From assembly GCA_951406725.2 (NCBI GenBank), contig OX597835.1, forward strand, positions 11,532,001 to 11,596,000: DNA of 64,000 nt. The letters are read 5' to 3'. The translations under genes and the position numbers were made by a program. This document shows, piece after piece, positions 27,153 to 43,537 of the stretch. Source of the stretch: Octopus vulgaris (lineage: Eukaryota). Position 1 is the first letter of the stretch; the number at the start of each line of letters is the position of its first letter. Under the pieces are notes generated by a model that saw only the letters and a list, made by a program, of their open reading frames with translations, was not told where the DNA came from and did no database searches.

Positions 27153-27325
27153 TTCAGTAGTTTTATTTTTATAGCGTGCTTTCACTTCACTACCGAGCGC
27201 AGCTCTGTGTGCCTTGGGTATGTGCTGTGATTTGTTGTGATGCTCTGATGGTTATTGTATGGAAAGTGTTCTGCGTAGGATGTGTGCAGTGCCTAGTAGT
27301 GCAATTTTCTGTATGTTATATGTGT
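27153..27325 (-). mobile_element. R4/Dong-clade LINE extreme 3' end, second family, in (TAA)n
   Basis: TYNIQKIALLGTAHILRRTLSIQ* plus a short 3'UTR between (TAA)n tracts. Confidence 0.85.
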
Positions 27326-27341
27326 TATTATTATTATTATT

Positions 27342-27889
27342 GAGTGAGAGAGCAGTTCATGCCATCAACGTGACACTGGGGTAAAATATACGAAGCCCAA
27401 TATACCCATCATGACTACCCGTCTGATAAAGGTACACCAGGCACATGCATCACAACCATAAGTGCGCGACATGGTGATCTCATATCAAGAAAAACAGCAC
27501 ATGACCTTGCAGGTGGGGCCCAGTTAGAATCTTCTTCAGGTTGAGTAGCCCATCCCGCTCAAACGGTCCCTGAATAAGGGTTGTTTAAGGATGTTGAAAA
27601 AACCACCCATGTTTCCAGAGGTGAATTATTCAAACCCCAAAGAATCCCTCTCAACACATGGCTATGATGCTCCCCCACTACTTCTGCTCGTGATCAGAGA
27701 TGCACATATCGTCAGCCACTAAGGGACATGCTCAACTGGTTAAGGTCAAGCAACTGACAAGCAAATCTGTGGTATTGAGCAGAATATTTGCTGTAGCCCA
27801 TCTTTTATACCAAGACAAAACAGTGTACATGATAACACTTCCAATCAGTTAAGATCAGAAGCCATGAGAGCCACTGCCTGGTACTGCAT
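27342..27889. mobile_element. Element E: non-coding repeat of about 550 bp embedded in (TAA)n
   Basis: Highly similar to 32063-32620; (TTA)n on both sides. Confidence 0.85.
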
Positions 27890-27921
27890 TATTATTATTG
27901 TTATTATTATTATTATTATTA

Positions 27922-27994
<73 letters not shown>

Positions 27995-28628
27995 CCTCAT
28001 CATCACCATTATTATTATTATTAATGTTATCATTATTATTATTACAGATAACTAATTTCTATAGCGCGTGTTTTTTTTTTATTATTTCTACTTTTGTGGA
28101 AGAAAGTAAACTCCCAGCATTATCAGGAACGGATCGAGACGAGTGACTTTACTAGACGTCCGTTTCTATTTGGATACAAAACGGCTAAAATGACAGACTT
28201 GGTAATGTAGTCTTCGACCAAAACTCAGTGTTGTGTAACAAAATGTAAATACCTTCAATTGAATATCAAGCTGAATTTAAGCGATGGCACATTATCTCGG
28301 TTTTTTTCCCCTGTTTTCTTTGATGAAAAATTCCTCTGTGAGAAACACAAATGCTAATGGCCCAAACCGTAACAAAAATATAAAAGAAAAACCATTTTAG
28401 AAGCCATTATTGCTTGGCGTTGCTCAATTATTTTTATTTCTTTTGATACGCCATGTTTAAACACTGTTTTGTTATTAAAGAAAAAGTCTTAGTTCTCAGA
28501 AGTAACATTCCCTGATGATTCTCTACAAAATCCTTGATTAGACGCATTCATTTTTTAAAACTTATACTTTTCTTAAAATGATTTTTTATTTGTTAATAAT
28601 AATAATAATAATAATAATAAAAATAATA

Positions 28629-28669
<41 letters not shown>

Positions 28670-28673
28670 AATA

Positions 28674-28723
<50 letters not shown>

Positions 28724-28736
28724 AATAATAATAATA

Positions 28737-29197
28737 AAAGACCAAAACAATAAAGTTTGCTTATTGATCGACATGAGCATCCCCTGTGATCATGATATCT
28801 CAGCAAAAGAGTTTGACAAGCTCAGAAAATATAAAGACCTACTCATTGAAATTGAGAAAATGTGGCATCTCAAGGCGGTTACAATACCAGTGATCGTAGG
28901 AGCACTAGGAATGATCAAGAAGGGAACCGAAAATTATATGAGAATGATCCCTGGCTTACCATCCCTGCAAGAAGTGCAAAAGATTGTCTTAACTGGTACA
29001 TCACACGTATTGAGAAGAGCATTGTCGATGTGAGAACTATTACTACCCATGTATTTTAATTTAACTTAAAAAAAAAATGAACGAACTATTGAGTTTAGTT
29101 TAATGGCCTACCAATGTATACTATGAGTTTCTTTGCCCTAGGAGTCGGGAAGACACTCGGCAAGAAATGGAAGCAAATTTGAAAGAAGAAAAAAAAG
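28737..29197 (+). mobile_element. 5'-truncated R4/Dong-clade LINE (RLE C-terminus plus 3'UTR) in (TAA)n
   Basis: CLLIDMSIPCDHDISAKEFDKLRKYKDLLIEIEKMWHLKAVTIPVIVGALGMI...VQKIVLTGTSHVLRRALS; open frame; Dong elements are known to target (TAA)n. Confidence 0.9.
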
Positions 29198-29232
29198 TAA
29201 TAATAATAATAATAATAATAATGATAATAATG

Positions 29233-29355
<123 letters not shown>

Positions 29356-29356
29356 G

Positions 29357-29523
29357 AAGTTGTGGCGAAAGAGTCAGCAGAGGTTTGCCATTACCTTTTG
29401 CCGGAGCGGCGTGGAGCTTAGGTTTTTCGCACATGAACACACACACCGCCCGGTCTTAGATTCGAACCCGCGATCCCTTGACCGCAAGTACACTGCTCTA
29501 ACCACTAGGCCATGTGCCTCCAC
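29357..29523 (-). mobile_element. SINE family D, 5' half
   Basis: tRNA-like head related to family B; matches 49255-49408. Confidence 0.75.
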
Positions 29524-29844
29524 AGAATGGTTAGTCCGCCAGGCAAAATTCTTAGCGACATTTCGTCCTTCTTTACGCTCTGCTCCCACATTGAAATTGA
29601 CCCCGCAGACATGGGAATGGGAAATTTTAATGGCGGTACTGATGATGTGGGTGATGGTATTGGTGGTCTCACTGACCAAGTGGTAATGGTCCTAGAAAAA
29701 ATGATGGTTGTGTGAAGGACGTGGTCTTGGAAGTGGTGCTGTGCAGTTGTTAATGTTAAAAGGTGGTGATGGACATGGCTGGATTAGAACTGTTATCTTG
29801 TTGAGTACAGTAAAGAGAAGCGGCTGTCATAGTTGCTGACGGCG

Positions 29845-29879
<35 letters not shown>

Positions 29880-29929
29880 GACTATTCATAGTGACGATAC
29901 TGGAATATATGATGGTTTTAGATTGATAG

Positions 29930-29962
<33 letters not shown>

Positions 29963-30078
29963 CGACGAATACGACGGTGACATGAATGCTTATGATTACG
30001 AAAGAAATAGCGTATTGAGTCGAAGTTGGTTACAATTGTGTACCTTGATACAAATATTACTACTACTACTGCTGCTGC

Positions 30079-30114
30079 TAGTAGTAGTAGCAGTAGTAGC
30101 AGCAGCAGCAGCAA

Positions 30115-30178
<64 letters not shown>

Positions 30179-30228
30179 GGTGGTGGTGGTGGTGGTGGTG
30201 GGGATAGTAGTAGTAGTAGTAGTAATAT

Positions 30229-30263
<35 letters not shown>

Positions 30264-30291
30264 ATATTAGTAGTAGTAGTAGTAGTAATAT

Positions 30292-30334
<43 letters not shown>

Positions 30335-30369
30335 GGTGGTGGTGATAGTAGTAGTAGTAGTAGTAATAT

Positions 30370-30416
<47 letters not shown>

Positions 30417-30492
30417 ATATTAGTAGTAGTAGTGGTAGTAGTAGTAATATTAGTAATAGTAGTGGTAGTAGTAGTAGTAGTAATATTAGTAA

Positions 30493-30538
<46 letters not shown>

Positions 30539-30546
30539 GGTGGTGA

Positions 30547-30598
<52 letters not shown>
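30079..30598 (+). repeat. Compound (TAG)n/(GGT)n array with periodic AATATT interruptions
   Basis: Seen directly; higher-order block (tag)n-(ggt)n-gatag occurs three times. Confidence 0.9.
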
Positions 30599-30599
<1 letters not shown>

Positions 30600-30849
30600 C
30601 CAGAACAATGGATTGGTGGACTCGTTAGAGCGCTGTATAAAGCTTTCAAGTATATGTTCTGACTTTTTATATTGCGATTTCAAACTCCGCCAAAGCCGAC
30701 TTTGCCTTTCATCCTTTCGGAGTCGATAAAGTAATTACCGGTTGAATACTTGGGCCGATAAAGTAATTACCGAGATACCCGTTTAAAATTACTGGTCTTG
30801 CACCAAAATTTGAAGCTATTATTATTAGTAGTAGTATTTTGTTTTAACG

Positions 30850-31150
30850 ACGCATCATCCAGTCAGGCTAATTGACCGGGCCATCCTGACTACCTGTTCT
30901 CCATCCCTCCCGGTCTTCCATTAGTGTTCTTAGGTCTTGAACGTGGCATCCAACATCTTCTACAAGCTGTTGTATTTATGTCTACCGTGGTCTTCCAGCC
31001 GCTGTGGTACCATGATTTGGTGTCCACAGCAACACATTACTCACAAGTTCTTTACTTCTCCAGCGGTGGTCAGCATCCCTCAATCTCCACTCCTGGATGG
31101 TCGATGAAAAAGTTGGCACATTCCCATATAACCATAACCGTGTTATTTCC
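30850..31150 (-). pseudogene. RTE/RTEX-like LINE 3' fragment
   Basis: LYGNVPTFSSTIQEWRLRDADHRWRSKELVSNVLLWTPNHGTTAAGRP resembles LYGxLP..SxxIxxRRLRxAGHCxRxxE..SxVLLWxPxHGxRxxGRP. Confidence 0.75.
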
Positions 31151-31156
31151 TTTATG

Positions 31157-31189
<33 letters not shown>

Positions 31190-31192
<3 letters not shown>

Positions 31193-31419
31193 TTCTTTAC
31201 TATCCACAAGGGGCTAAACATAGTTGGGACAAACAAGGACTGACAAAGGGATTAAGTTGATTACATCGACCCCAGTGTGTAACTGGTACTTGATTTACCG
31301 ACCCCGAAAGGATGAAAGGCAAAGTCGACCTCGGCGGAATTTGAACTCAGAACGTAGCGGCAGACGAAAAACGACTACGCATTTCGCCCAGCGTGCTAAC
31401 GTTTCTGCCAGCTCGCCGC
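31190..31419 (-). mobile_element. SINE family A, full length
   Basis: Same head, core and tail as 1927-2140. Confidence 0.9.
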
Positions 31420-31499
31420 ACATATATATATGTGTGTGTATGTGTGTATGCATGTATATGTATATATATGTATACTCGTAATTCCTGATTTTGTGGTTT

Positions 31500-31915
31500 T
31501 ATATACATCCTGTACCTTTTTAAACAATACCTAATGCAAACTATTATCATAGAGATTATTTTCTTAAGCACCACATTCGGATTATCTCTATTTATAGATT
31601 TTTGTATTTCGAGAGTTTCTTCACCTCTTTTAGAGACACATTGTCATTTATTAAGACTAATATGCTAGTTACAAGGCACTTTTTCTATCAGTCCTCAACA
31701 ATAATATCTGGCTTATTAGCCTTGATCTCTCTATCTGTGTATATTGGCATATCCCAAGTTATCGCTGCTTTATCATTTTGTGAGACATTTTTGTAGGAAT
31801 ATGATTATGCAATTTCTTCTGTTGTCACTCCATAGTGCTGCCACAGATACGAGTGTATATACGTCTGGGAATATAATCCTTTCTTAGACAGGACGGGAGT
31901 CAGAGATAGTACGGT
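31500..31915 (-). pseudogene. Degenerate R4/Dong RLE fragment
   Basis: NDKAAITWDMPIYTDREIKANKPDIIV...SLKEVKKLSKYKNL*IEIIRMW includes the PD..D-type catalytic motif (KPDII). Confidence 0.8.
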
Positions 31916-31978
31916 TTATTGTTTCTCCTTCTCCTTCTTCTTCTTCGTCTTCGTCTTCTGTTTCTTCTTCTTCTTCTT

Positions 31979-32733
<755 letters not shown>

Positions 32734-32813
32734 CATCATTATTAGTTTCATCATCATCATCATCTTCATCATCATCATCATCTTCATCATCAACATCATC
32801 ATCATCATCAACA

Positions 32814-32871
<58 letters not shown>

Positions 32872-32901
32872 TATCATCATCACCATCATAATCATCATCA
32901 T

Positions 32902-32934
<33 letters not shown>

Positions 32935-32964
32935 TATCATCATCACCATCATAATCATCATCAT

Positions 32965-33013
<49 letters not shown>

Positions 33014-33450
33014 GTCATCATCATCATCATCAACATGTCCATCATCATCCTCTCTGGTAGTAGTAGTAGTAGTCCGCAAATGAGTGAGTAGCGGTAGCAG
33101 TATCAGTTGTGGGGTTAGTGGTGGGGGTGTTGTTCGTTATTGTTGCTGGTCGTGAGTGGTGGTGGCGGTGGTGGTGGTGTTCACAGCCAGCAGACATGAT
33201 GGCGGGTGTGTAGAAAAAGAAATTATGTTGTTTTTGGTGACCATTCGCTAATGGCAGAGTTTTACCTTTCCCATGTCTCTCAAAAGATTCGCTTCATATC
33301 TCCTTTCTTTCCTTCCTTCTTTCTTCCCTCTTTCTCTCGCTTCCTCCTTCTCTCTCTCTCTCTCACTCACTTTCTGCCTCCCTCCCTCACTATCACATCC
33401 GCCATCTAACTTTATTTCGCTAGATTTTCCACTGTCATATGTATGCATGC

Positions 33451-33531
<81 letters not shown>

Positions 33532-33767
33532 TATATATATATACATACATATATATATAAATATATATACATACATACATATATATATGTATATATATAT
33601 ATATATATATACATATATATATAAATATATATACATACATACATATATATATATGTATATATATATAAATTTTTATGTGCGTGTGTAGGTATACACCTAC
33701 ACACTTATTAAAAATGTAATCCCAGTATTATGTACACGCACGCATATACAAAAGATATCAAAGATGT

Positions 33768-33803
<36 letters not shown>

Positions 33804-33948
33804 CCATATGTTCAAGCCACATGCTTATTGTTTGTGTTGCATGATTCAGTTTGCATAAGTAGTGTCGAAATTAGAGTTTGGCGAAGTGTGGAGGTACGTA
33901 GCAGCAGCTTTGAAGAAACGTATTATCACAAGTCTATATGGCTCGCAC

Positions 33949-34062
<114 letters not shown>

Positions 34063-34341
34063 AATGGATGTATGCATAAATATATATATATATATATATA
34101 CATGCATATATATCCTGATATATTTAAATAGTATATGCATGCATACATATACGCATATATGCATATATATGCATGCGTGAGTCCATGCATATATATGTGT
34201 GTGTGTGTGTGTATGTAGTTATAGTCTAGTCACACACAAGCAATCTATGTACAAACCCATTTTGTACCAGACAGCGATGACATGATTATATAACTTTCAT
34301 ATATACTGTTACACATAACTGCACATATACAAATGAAGGTA

Positions 34342-34393
<52 letters not shown>

Positions 34394-34729
34394 TAAATGT
34401 TTATTTGTATGTATGTATGTAAGTATAACACATATACATATGCATATATATGCATACACATATATATATATATATGCAGACACTCATATACATGTATATA
34501 TCTATATACATAACTTCACGCACACATGCACACATGTGTGTGTATATATATATAGCACCAATATTTACTCACAAGCCCACATAGATGCAGTCAGTCACAT
34601 GTCACACACTGACACCTTCAAAAACGAGTGTGTGCAGCCATTCATATATCTTTATGCTTGTTTGCAACACACACACACACACGCACACAAACACAAACAC
34701 ATAAGCTCGCACACACATACAAACACGCA

Positions 34730-34768
<39 letters not shown>

Positions 34769-34820
34769 GCATATATATGCATATATATGTATATGTATAT
34801 CTATATCTATATCTATATCT

Positions 34821-34877
<57 letters not shown>

Positions 34878-35541
34878 CATATATACATATATAAACACGT
34901 ATATACGTATAAAACATACTTATACATACATAGACACACAAATTTATACATACATACAAATATATATATGCACACACACGTACATATATGGCAAAAAAAA
35001 ATCCAAAATGGAGACTTCTATTGTATTAATTCTCTTTTAGGATTATTACTAGATGAAAACAAGGCTAACATGAATAAAATACGCACAAACAAAGAATAAA
35101 ACAGCCGTGAAAAGCAAAATAAGTGAAAGTTAACAAAACTGTCATTAAAAACTCAAAGCTATTTATTGAAGAAAATCGCTTATTACAGACATGACAGAGT
35201 TTCAAACATCCATTAAGCAATAACCAGATTGGCTCAGCACATCGTCTCTTCTCTTCCATCTTTATACATAGCTTATACACCTATTCATGGAAACTAGCAC
35301 ATACTGCGCAGACGCAAGCACGCACATGCCATTCGTCCATGTACACGCTCAGAAACACACAAACTCACGCAAACGCTGATTTATGCCTAAATATGCGTAA
35401 TCTCTATTTATGTAACAAACATATACGTACACACACACACACATACACATACACACACACACACACATACTCACACACATCTCTCTCTCGCTCTCTCTCT
35501 CTCTCGCTTTCTCTGTATAACTATATATATACATATACGTA

Positions 35542-35591
<50 letters not shown>

Positions 35592-36164
35592 CGTATATAT
35601 GCATATGTGTGTGTTTAAGTGTATATATTTACGTATATATATATATATGCATGTGTGGTGTTTAGTTTAATCTCTATTTATGTAACAAACATATATGTAC
35701 ACACACGCGCACTCACACTCACACATATACTCACACACATCTCTCTCTCTCTCCTTCTCTGTATAACTATATATATACGTATATATGTATATATATATAT
35801 TTATATATATATATGCATATGCATATGTGTGTGTTTAAGTGTATATATTTACGTATATATATATGCATGTGTGGTGTTTACGTGTGTACATATATATGTA
35901 TAAATACGTATGTATGCATGTATATATACGCATGATATTAATAAAATGTGTGTATAGATAACACATTCTATCGTCTTCTCTTATCTGTCGCTTTCTTTTT
36001 CTTTCTCTTTAAATATATTTGTTTCTCTATCTTTATTTATTCACTTACATAATACAATGAATTCAACCACTTCCGTTCTCACTTCTCTCCCGAATCTGGC
36101 TTTCACATTATATACACACACGCACACATACATCCATGTGGATACATGCATACATACTTTAAAA

Positions 36165-36197
<33 letters not shown>

Positions 36198-36314
36198 AAT
36201 ATATGTAATGACATATATGTAAATATACACACATGTAACACACACATACCTATATATGTATATATATATACTTTTATGTTTGTGCGTATATATATATATA
36301 TGTATGTATGTATG

Positions 36315-36362
<48 letters not shown>

Positions 36363-36389
36363 TTATGTATAATTATATATATATATATA

Positions 36390-36485
<96 letters not shown>

Positions 36486-37802
36486 CCATATATACATGTA
36501 TACATATGTATGTTTAGAGAGGGAGAGGATGAGAATGTGTGGGCGATATACAGATATCGTTATATGCTTATAAATCATTTTGGGATTTACATACAAACCA
36601 AAGATTTGTTCCAGTGGCCTGAAAGAAATTCTGCTGAATAAGAGATAGCAATTCAATGTAGGTAGTTTCTGGTAGCTGATTCCGAAAACGATGAGGGAAG
36701 TGCTTAAGCCACAGGGGGTAGGGTAATCACTTCTTCATAAGTCACATTGTATTCTATCAATAATGATTATTTTAAAAGCCGAAGGGCGCAATTTGTATTA
36801 ACGTTCATTTTCAAAGTTTTTGTTGGTGCATTACATCTAAATATAGTTTATAATTTGACATGCAATTCTAGCGTAGCTTCCCACAACATTCTGTCTCTTT
36901 AAATTCTACTTGCTTATTGCTTTATTATTTATTTATCATTATTAGTGGAATTATCATTATTTTCTTGTTATTACGATTGGCATTATTATTGTTTTTATTT
37001 GTTGTTTCTTTTTCTCTTCTCTGCCTAAATAAGAATCGACATAGCAATCAGTACAAAGGAGACTTATCTCTTACTCCGAACAAAGAACTGATCCTATATA
37101 TATATATTTTTATTAGCTTCATTTATCCCGAGGACACACAGCAAGATGTTCGTACCTCAAATGAGCCGAGTTAGACAGAAATGAAAAATGAGGTTGCCCG
37201 AACAAATTCCTCTGCGTTTCTAATTGAGGATTTTCACAAAAGGATTTACAATGAATAATTTTGTTTCTCTTCAGGCTGCGAGAGATATTGGAGAACATAT
37301 TTGGTAATTCTATAAAACAACTCAAATGTTGCAAAAAATTGTATTTCAAAAAAGATTTGTACACATGTTCTCGATAAGCGTTCTTGTGAGATTAATTATG
37401 ATTTTATTCAACATTTTCCCCTCTCAGATTCACATGCTTATTGCAGTAGTCCTTCAGGTTTTTTAGAAGCTCTGTAAAAGAACTTGGAAGGCCGGCAGTC
37501 CATCAGGCCTGTCGCGAGACCATTAAAGCCAGGAACTTTTCAGCATCCCCTCTTAAAAGGGCAAATTTTATTCGTTTGATTCAGTCCCCTTTTATTCTCT
37601 AAAACCTCGGCCCTTTGGCTCCTCCTTTCTGCTCATGTCATTCCTTTCCTACATGGATTGGCCTACAACAGTTTAAAGAGACTATTAATAACGACAAGTT
37701 CACCAATCTTGGAAGGCCTTCAAAAGTTATGGGCATTGCCCCTTACCCCAGACTCAGTAATATTATATTGTTTCGTTTGAGTTTTTAGGAATATGACACT
37801 AT

Positions 37803-38193
37803 AGGCGCAGGAGTGGCTGTGTGGTAAGTAGCTTGCTAACCAACCACATGGTTCCGGGTTCAGTCCCACTGCGTGGCATCTTGGGCAAGTGTCTTCTACT
37901 ATAGCCCCGGGCCGACCAATGCCTTGTGAGTAGATCTCGAAACTGAAAGAAGCCTGTCGTATATATATATATATATATATATATATAGGTGTGTTTGTTC
38001 CCCTAGCATTGTTTAACAACCGATGCTGGTGTGTTTACGTCCCCGTCACTTAGCGGTTCGGCAAAAAGAGACCGATAGAATAAGTACTGGGCTTACAAAA
38101 AGAATAAGTCCCGGGGTCGATTTGCTCGACTAAAGGCGGTGCTCCAGCATGGCCGCAGTCAAATGACTGAAACAAGTAAAAGAGTAAAGAGAG
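37803..38193 (+). mobile_element. SINE family C
   Basis: Near-identical to 43538-43965. Confidence 0.9.
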
Positions 38194-38693
38194 TATACAC
38201 TATATCTAGCTTCAATTTCTTTGTCATGAAAGCAGGGAATCGTTTGATATTTTTAATTAAACGCTTATTGCAAACAGCGATTAGCTTTATAAAATTCCTT
38301 TCGACGATATATCTAGGATAGATACGAAGCAGGACTGCAAATCAGCGAAACACTGTAGCGTTATGCAACTAAAACCACAAGACACCTCCATTATGAGTGA
38401 TAGCGAAAACGCGCAAAACACCTCCGCCATCAACAAACGGAGATCTACGTCAGTCTGTATTGCTTATTTAAAGCAATGCACAAAATATTATTCAGTGATT
38501 GAAAAGCTTTAGACATGGCCATTAAAGTTGTAATAGAAGCAAACGTGACTGCGTGACACTTTTCTTTAACTCTAGGCTTTCGAATTCCATTCATCTCTCC
38601 CTTATGATCCCTCGCGCAAATATCGTTTACAAATACGCGACGTCAGCCAGCGCTTCATGTATGAAATATGGGAGTTCCCCATTTCCCTGGATT

Positions 38694-38943
38694 CTTGGCT
38701 TTTAATGGTAGACTTGGCTTTTAATGGTAGACTTGGCTTTTAATGGTAGACTTGGCTTTTAATGGTAGACTTGGCTTTTAATGGTAGACTTGGCTTTTAA
38801 TGGTAGACTTGACTTTTAATGGTAGACTTGACTTTTAATGGTGGACTTGGCTTTTAATGGTAGACTTGGCTTTTAATGGTAGACTTGGCTTTTAATGGTA
38901 GACTTGGCTTATAATGGTAGACTTGGCTTTTAATGGTAGACTT
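38694..38943 (+). repeat. 19-bp minisatellite (cttggcttttaatggtaga) x about 13
   Basis: Near-perfect tandem units with no spacers. Confidence 0.95.
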
Positions 38944-40231
38944 AATCCGTCACCTTGCTTAAGACCTCCTGGTCGGTGGATGTCTTTAGCAAACACTACA
39001 TTGTTGTAAGAATTCAGGTTTGTTCTGTGGCGTGGCGATAACTTAATTACTTCCTCTCACCCGACTCAGAACGTCCTGAGGAAATGTCATGGCCATTGTC
39101 TTTCCTTTTCTGACAAAAGCCATTTAAAAATACAGACAAAAAAAAAATTGACGATATGAACTGACGGATCTTTGTTCGGCCAGCGGGGCGATAACTTAAC
39201 GATAACAGACATTTAACATTCTCCTATTTGAATAGTAAACAACTTCTTATCTAACACATCACTACTGAAAATTATCGAGTCTTCGTCCCACCTTTATTGC
39301 GAATACCATGCATCATTCTATCAGTAATATCATCTTTATTATAATTATAATTCATTTCATGGTTAGACATCTTTGTTTCTTTCTTTCCAGATTACAAAAC
39401 CTCTTATCGTTCGTGTTATATGGAGACGCTATACGTTGGGGAGAACGTTTGCTAAAAAATTTATCTTCAAATTTTCAGAATAATCTTTCAAGTCTATCTG
39501 TGTTTTAAGTTTAAAGATAACAACTGTATTTATTTACATTTTTTTCACTGATAACCTGAAATTTAGATTTATTTTTGTTTCTTTCTTGGTCAATCGATTT
39601 TATACAAAAAAAAAATACAAATAAATTTCACAGTTTTTGGACATAAAAGTTGTGTTTTTTATAGAGAGTGCATGACTTGTTTAAAACTATAGTTTAACAA
39701 TTTATGACAAAAAGACGTTTTTAAATAACAAAGAGATATACAAACAAAAGAATCGGACGGAATGTTCCTAAATTATACCCTTTTAACCAATGTGAGAATT
39801 TAGATTCTTTTAGATTATATTTAAAGTTCTTTGTTACTTTTTCTGTATCAAATTTCACGTCCACTAACATCAAAACCAAACCAATAGTTTCGAAATACAA
39901 AAAGAAGCTAAACACACATAGACACATAACACTTCAACTATGATTTAGTTCCGCAAATGTTATATTTTTATTAATGTCACCGATATCAACGAAATTAAGG
40001 TGATTTAAAGTAATCTAGGCCTGGCAATATTTGTCTACGATCGTTTTAGATTAAATTACATATGTAAATTCATGTCAGGAAATATCACTCATCCGATTCT
40101 ATGGTGGTGATTGAAGAAAATACCAAAAGTTCAGTTGTTTTGTTTTTTTACCTCTTCGCTCTGTGTTAAAATTAGAATGGAATTACAGTTTACGCACACA
40201 AATACACCCACGACATATATATGTATATGTA

Positions 40232-40335
<104 letters not shown>

Positions 40336-40447
40336 TATATATATATGTATAAATGTATATAGACATGTACATAATACACACACATACATGCATATATATT
40401 TATATATATATATATACATGTATATATATATATACACACACACACAT

Positions 40448-40487
<40 letters not shown>

Positions 40488-40588
40488 GTATGTATGTATA
40501 AATATATACTGTATACGTACATATATAAATATGTAAATGCAATTTCATTCTGCTCTTAAACAGTGAAAAAAGTTGTAATCGTTCATAC

Positions 40589-40654
<66 letters not shown>

Positions 40655-41136
40655 GTGCCAATGATAATATTTACCTACCTATATATCTATAACCATGAAT
40701 GTATACATTTTCTATTCACAGACACACACACACACAGAACACACAGAACACACAAACACACGCACACAAATGACTGCATATGTATAGAACGTAATTTCTA
40801 CTTTTGGTAATTTTTTGCATTTTCACTTCAATTCTTCGACATTATACAGGACATTATGGCTCAATGACGTCAAATTTAAGCTAAAATTTATTTTTTTTAA
40901 GCGCAACAAATGGCGTTTAATTTCTTTATCTTCTTCATTCTATAATTTGGTTTGCATTTAGATACGTGTAATTTAAATTTTCAGTAATTTCTGCTTCTGT
41001 AAGGAACTTCGCGACTGAGGGATAAGTCTTAAAACATTCCCAGAAACAGAAGTCTAGCAAGAGCTATTCAACTTAATGGCTGCCAACATCTCATGATATA
41101 TGTATATGTGTGTGTGTGTATGTGTATGTATTCATT

Positions 41137-41519
41137 GGAGGCCCAATGGCCCAGTGGTTAGGGCAGCGGACTCGTGGTCATAGGATTGCGGTTTCGATTC
41201 CCAGACCGGGCGTTGTGAGTGTTTATTGAGCGAAAACACCTAAAGCTCCACGAGGCTCCGGCAGGGGATGGTGGTGATCCCTGCTGTACTCTTTCACCAC
41301 AACTTTCTCTCACTCTTACTTCCTGTTTCTGTTGTACCTGTATTTCAAGGGGCCGGTCTTGTCACTCTCAGTGTCACGCTGAATATCCCCGAGAACTACG
41401 TTAAGGGTGCACGTGTCTGTGGAGTGCTCAGCCACTTACACGTTAATTTCACGAGCAGGCTGTTCCGTTGATTCGGATCAACCGGAACCCTCATCGTCGT
41501 AACCGACGGAGTGCTTCCA
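41137..41519 (+). mobile_element. SINE family B, full length
   Basis: Matches the family consensus seen in the window. Confidence 0.9.
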
Positions 41520-41795
41520 CCATGTATTCATTACGATTGGCGGTAAATATACATACACATATATAACCATTAGTATATATTTTATATTACATATCGTGTA
41601 GGTAATTAGGATAAATGAAACACATGTAATGATGAATAAATAATAAATAATACCCCTAAAAAATTCCAATTTCCTGTTTGGTTTTATCACATATTGTATA
41701 GAAATTATATATATATAATAAATCTCTCTGAACGAGGTATAAGCTAAAGTAACACCCACCCTTAGTGGTTAGCCATATTGAGATGGCAAATATAC

Positions 41796-41943
<148 letters not shown>

Positions 41944-41952
41944 TATTATATA

Positions 41953-42076
<124 letters not shown>

Positions 42077-42087
42077 TATATGTGTAT

Positions 42088-42126
<39 letters not shown>

Positions 42127-42530
42127 ATATAAACAATTGTTCATTAATATAAGATTATTATATATATCATATTTCTTCAACTAATATTTGTCTCAGTAAG
42201 AAGATCACCGAAAACATTTGACTTGGGCAACGTTGTTTGAGATATTAGAAATTGTTATTTTTTTGGTAAATGTTCATAACTGGTATTCATTAAGGAACAT
42301 TAGATAAATAGCTTTGACCATTATTTGCTTCTTTGTTCCTGGTTTACACCATTTTCTCATACTTGACTTGAAACTATAATAGCGAAATCAATCTCTTCTC
42401 CCGAATTGAACATTTGAAGAACGAGACATACCAAGTAATGATTTGTTCGTTAGTTGATGGAATAATCGAGGTTTCGTAGCAGAATCTTGTTTCATGTTGT
42501 GTGTAGCAGGATTGGGTTTTTCAAAATGTA

Positions 42531-43427
42531 TGGAAGCACTCCGGTTACGACGACGAGGGTTCCGGTTGATCCGAATCAACGGAACAACCTGCTCGTGAAA
42601 TTAACGTGTAAGTGGCTGAGCACTCCACAGACACACGTGTACCCTTAACGTAGTTCTCGGAGATATTCAGCGTGACACAGAGAGTGACATTACCGGCCCC
42701 TTGAAATACAGGTACAACAGAAACAGGAAGTAAGAGTGAGAGAAAGTTGTGGTGAAAGAGTACAGCAGGGATCACCACCATCCCCTGCCGGAGCCTCGTG
42801 GAGCCTTTTAGGTGTTTTCGCTCAATAAACACTCACAACGCCCGGTCTGGGAATCGAAACCGCGTGTAAGTGGCTGAGCATTCCACAGACACGTGTATCC
42901 TTAACGTAGTTCTCGGAGATATTCAGCGTGACACAGAGAGTAACAAGGCCGGCCCCTTGAAATACAGGTACAACAGAAACAGGAAGTAAGTGTGAGAGAA
43001 AGTTGTGGTGAAAGAGTACAGCAGGGATCACCACCATCCCCTGCCGGAGCCTCGTGGAGCTTTTAGGTGTTTTCGCTCAATAAACACTCACAACGCCCGG
43101 TCTGGGAATCGAAACCGCGTGTAAGTGGCTGAGCATTCCACAGACACGTGTATCCTTAACGTAGTTCTCGGAGATATTCAGCGTGACACAGAGAGTGACA
43201 AGGCCGGCCCCTTGAAATACAGGTACAGCAGAAACAGGAAGTAAGTGTGACAGAAAGTTGTGGTGAAAGAGTACAGGAGGGATCACCACCATCCCCTGCC
43301 GGAGCATCGTGGAGCCTTTTAGGTGTTTTCGCTCAATAAACACTCACAACGCCCAGTCTGGGAATCGAAATCGCGATCCTACGACCGCGAGTCCGCTGCC
43401 CTAACCACTGGGCCATTGCGCCTCCAC
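42531..43427 (-). mobile_element. SINE family B with an internal segment of about 255 bp triplicated
   Basis: Junction gaaaccgcg|tgtaagtggctgagc occurs twice. Confidence 0.9.
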
Positions 43428-43537
43428 TTTCAAAATGTATATGAATTACAAAAATGCGCAATGTCTTTGAGTTGTTAAGAATCTCTCTTGGATATTTTAT
43501 TTGGAAAATTTTACTTCTATCATCCATAACACATATA

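Noticed and set aside
29982-30662. Long poly-V/T/S ORFs, and poly-YI/HT ORFs such as 57866-58888
   Set aside because: Translations of microsatellites, with no coding evidence.
38694-38943. CRISPR-like regular repeats
   Set aside because: Contiguous 19-bp units with no unique spacers, eukaryotic context and no cas genes; a minisatellite.
41011-41058. CTGA-GGGA..TCCC-AGAAAC..GTC hammerhead-like motif
   Set aside because: Core incomplete, stem III not palindromic, stem I mismatched.
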